In this document: positions 61,275-64,000 of the stretch, in pieces | How positions within the stretch are numbered: the first letter of the stretch is position 1 | Layout: each line of letters begins with the position of its first letter | Source of the DNA: an uncultured delta proteobacterium | Lineage (GTDB): Bacteria > Myxococcota_A > Polyangia > Haliangiales > Haliangiaceae | Length of the DNA: 64,000 bases | Assembly: GCA_963848295.1 (NCBI GenBank) | Contig: CAWKDB010000010.1 | Coordinates: 3,296,001-3,360,000 of the forward strand | Direction of reading: 5' to 3' | Made by a program: the position numbers and the translations under genes | Notes under the pieces: model-generated | What the model saw: only the letters and a program-made list of their open reading frames with translations | The model's database searches: none | What the model was told of the DNA's origin: nothing

Positions 61275-62648
61275 TCACGACGATGAAGAGGACGACGAGG
61301 AGGTCGAGTTCGATGAAGAGGACGACAGCGACGATGATGTGCCGAGGAGCTTCGAGACCTGCGTCGCCTGGCTGTTGAGCGCCGACATCGCGGTCTCGAG
61401 CGCGTTGAACTCGTCCTGGAGCCGCGTCTGCAATGCGGTCGCGTTGTCTTCGATCTGCTGGATCTGCGACTGCAGATCGGTCGAGCGATCGGTGTAGCTC
61501 TGACTCTTGGTCGTCAGGATTCCTTCGGTCGGGTCCGAGTACGCGTTCGTGAGCGACACGAACGTGTTCGACAAGCCGCTCGTGACGAACAGGTCTTGCA
61601 GGGCGTTCGGGTTGTTGTCGAGCGCGGTGTCGAGCGTCCCGCGGTCGAGCGACAGCGTACCGGTGTCGTCGATCGTGAGCCCGAGATCCGCCATCGAAGC
61701 GGTGCCGAGCTGCTGCGTCACGAGTCCGGTGAGAGATGTCTTGAGTTGCTCGAGCGTCGAATCGCCGAACAACGTGTCGGTGCCGGCGGTCGTCCCGGTG
61801 TAGTTCAGCTGCGTATTGAGCGATGACATCACCGCGTTGTAGTCGCTCACGAGCGTGCCGAGCTGGCTCGCGATCGCGTCGTGATCGACCGAGACCGAGA
61901 CCTGGGTGTCGGGATCACTCGCGGCCTGGGTCGATACCGCGGTGATCGTGAGTCCGGGCAACGCGTCGTCGATGACGTTGGTAGGCCGGGTGACCTGGAT
62001 GCCGTCGACCGTGACGATCGAGTTCTGGGCCGCGACCTGGACATTCGAGGGGTTCGACAGCCCGAGAGCGTTGCCGGTCTCGGTGAACGTCGGCGCGTTC
62101 GCGGTGCCGGTCTGGTTCGCGTTGACGAGGAGCCGGTACGTGCTGCCGTCGTACAGCACCGATGCGGTGACGCCGCTGTTGGCGTCGTTGATCTTCGAGG
62201 CGATCGTGTCGAGCGTATCGGTCGAGTCCCACGTGATCGAAGCGGGCGTGCCGCTGCCGGTCTGGATCGTCAGGCCGCCGGAGCCGGCGACGCCCGCGGT
62301 GTCGGTCGCGAACGTGCTCGATGACGTGACCTGAGCTCGCGCCAGCTGATCGACGCGGATGTCGTGAGACGTCGCGGGGGCGTCGCCAGAGGCGGCGACC
62401 GTGACATGGCTGTCGCTCGCGCTCGCGGTGCGGTACTGGACGTCGGAGTCGAGCGTCATGCTCTCCATCAACGTGCCGAGCGCACCGAGCTGCGAAGAAA
62501 TGTTGTCGACGATGCCCTTCTGGCTCGACAGATCCGATTGCTCGGACTGGAGCTGTTGTTCGGGGACCTTCTCGGCCGCGACGAGCGAGCTGATCAGCGA
62601 GGACGTATCGAGTCCACTCGCGAGGCCGGAGAAGGTAACCGCAGGCAT
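61275..62648 (-). CDS. fliD: Flagellar cap protein FliD
   Basis: SGLASGLDT, VDQLARAQ, IASKIN, AQNS, FNALE.AMS.LNSQ. Confidence 0.93.
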   Translation of the reverse strand: MPAVTFSGLASGLDTSSLISSLVAAEKVPEQQLQSEQSDLSSQKGIVDNISSQLGALGTLMESMTLDSDVQYRTASASDSHVTVAASGDAPATSHDIRVDQLARAQVTSSSTFATDTAGVAGSGGLTIQTGSGTPASITWDSTDTLDTIASKINDANSGVTASVLYDGSTYRLLVNANQTGTANAPTFTETGNALGLSNPSNVQVAAQNSIVTVDGIQVTRPTNVIDDALPGLTITAVSTQAASDPDTQVSVSVDHDAIASQLGTLVSDYNAVMSSLNTQLNYTGTTAGTDTLFGDSTLEQLKTSLTGLVTQQLGTASMADLGLTIDDTGTLSLDRGTLDTALDNNPNALQDLFVTSGLSNTFVSLTNAYSDPTEGILTTKSQSYTDRSTDLQSQIQQIEDNATALQTRLQDEFNALETAMSALNSQATQVSKLLGTSSSLSSSSSNSTSSSSSSSS

Positions 62649-62667
62649 CGTCTAGCTCCTTCGAGAG

Positions 62668-63510
62668 TTACTGGAGCAGCTTGAGGGCGGCGGACGGGAT
62701 CTGGTTCGCCTGCGACAGCACCGAGATGCCGGCCTGTTGCAGGATGTTCTCCTGCGTCATCTGCGCCGTCTCCGACGCGATGTCGGTGTCGGTGATGCCG
62801 GAGTTCGCGGCGGTCAGGTTCGTGGTCGTGGTCGACAGGTTGCTGATCGCGACCTGCATCCGGTTCTGCACCGCGCCGAGGTTCGCGCGTGCGGTCGACA
62901 GCTGGTTGATCGCCGCGTCGAAGGCGCCGAGGGCGGCTTGCGCGTTGGTCGCGGTCGACAGGCTGCACGATGCGAGGTGGAGCGACGTGGAGCCGAGCGT
63001 CGAGACCGCGAGGCGGGTGATGCTCATCGACAACCGGTCGTTCGCCGTGTTGTAGATGCCGACCTGGAACGTCAGGCCCGACGACGCGCTGCCGTCGAGC
63101 AGGTTCTGACCGTTGAAGTTCGTCGTGCTGCTGATCCGGTTGATTTCCGACGACAGCTGCGTGAACTCGGTCTGGATGTAACCGCGCTGGGTCGCGCCGA
63201 GCGTCGAGTTCGAGGACTCGACCGCGAGCTGGCGCATGCGCGACACGATGTCCTGCATCTGGCTCATGCCGCCTTCAGCGACCTGCGACAGCGACACCGC
63301 GTCGTTCGCGTTCTGCTGCGCTTGGCCGAGGCTCTTGATATCGGCGTTCAGCGACTCGCTGATGCCGAGTCCGGCCGCGTCGTCCGCAGCGCTGTTGATG
63401 CGCATACCGCTCGACAGCCGCTGGATCGACTGCGAGAGGGCATCCTGCGACTTGTTGAGGTTCTGCTGCGCTTCGAGGGACGTGACGTTGGTCAGAAGAG
63501 AGATGCTCAT
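62668..63510 (-). CDS. fliC: Flagellin (short, 280 aa)
   Basis: RLSSGMRINSAADDAAG, FNGQNLL, RANLGAVQNR, QQAG.SVLSQAN. Confidence 0.97.
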   Translation of the reverse strand: MSISLLTNVTSLEAQQNLNKSQDALSQSIQRLSSGMRINSAADDAAGLGISESLNADIKSLGQAQQNANDAVSLSQVAEGGMSQMQDIVSRMRQLAVESSNSTLGATQRGYIQTEFTQLSSEINRISSTTNFNGQNLLDGSASSGLTFQVGIYNTANDRLSMSITRLAVSTLGSTSLHLASCSLSTATNAQAALGAFDAAINQLSTARANLGAVQNRMQVAISNLSTTTTNLTAANSGITDTDIASETAQMTQENILQQAGISVLSQANQIPSAALKLLQ

Positions 63511-63577
63511 GACATTTCCTTTTGGGGGATTGGACCTAGTCGGTCCCGCACGTTGACTCGTCCGGATCCCGGACTGA

Positions 63578-64000
63578 TCAAGGGGTGGTCGTCGGCGACA
63601 GCGACGCGAGCACGTGGGCCGAGACCGCTTGCGTGATCTGGAGCGCTTGCGTCGACTGCGCGAGGTTGCTCGCCGCGGTGACCGCGTCGGCCTGCGTGAG
63701 GTTCGAGATCTCGCCGGCGAGCTGGGTCTCGAGCGCCTGGCGAGCGCTGTCGGTGTCGTTCAACACCGACATCGCGGTTCCACCGGTCGAGCGCGCCAGC
63801 GAGACCTGATCGGTCGCGGTCGACAGCGAGCCGAGCGACGACTGGATACCCGCCAGGTCATTGGCCGACAGCGCGGTCGCGAGCTGCTGCAGCTGCGGAA
63901 GGATATCCACGCCGTTCGTCGCGGTGAGCGCGACGCCCGAGACGCTCGCCGTGAGTGTGCCGCTATCGCTCGTCGCGATCGTGCGCGTCGAGCTGTCGCC
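63578..64000 (-). CDS. flgL: Hook-filament junction protein FlgL (3' part; begins outside the window)
   Basis: Flagellin-like C-terminal helices directly upstream of fliC; the frame is open to the window edge. Confidence 0.7.
   Translation of the reverse strand, partial: GDSSTRTIATSDSGTLTASVSGVALTATNGVDILPQLQQLATALSANDLAGIQSSLGSLSTATDQVSLARSTGGTAMSVLNDTDSARQALETQLAGEISNLTQADAVTAASNLAQSTQALQITQAVSAHVLASLSPTTTP

Noticed and set aside
63511..63577. sigma28 promoter for fliC
   Set aside because: Only a weak -10-like ACCGACTA is present, with no convincing -35 at the right spacing.

Overview
Very GC-rich bacterial DNA. The host is most likely an uncultured Myxococcota of Kofleriaceae/Haliangiales type; this is inferred from four eukaryotic-like Ser/Thr kinases, an AgmX/PglI-type C-terminal domain, a TSP3-OmpA barrel and many CGRxxFD lipoproteins. 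The first ~43 kb is a patchwork of secreted and lipoprotein genes, enzymes (M1 aminopeptidase, pyroglutamyl peptidase, GH92, a broken GH44, a lysyl-oxidase-like protein, YgiQ radical SAM), an intact IS1380-family element and several repeat families. The last ~21 kb is a flagellar locus: fliA, sigma54 activators, fliL, flhG, fliS, fliD, fliC and partial flgL, plus a complete pseudaminic-acid flagellin glycosylation pathway with Maf. Four observations stand out. (1) A 57-bp double-hairpin element with compensatory base changes sits in-frame inside three unrelated protein-coding genes and is tandemly amplified at the end of a fourth. (2) A family of ~300-360-bp structured repeats occurs as inverted pairs around small cargo ORFs, and one pair is bounded by CTAG direct repeats. 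(3) Leaderless promoter architecture appears pervasive, for both sigma70-type and sigma54-type promoters. (4) Flagellar genes occur in a myxobacterium-like host, with a PilB/GspE-like domain-Ser/Thr kinase fusion among the regulators. All calls come from manual motif recognition; no searches were run.
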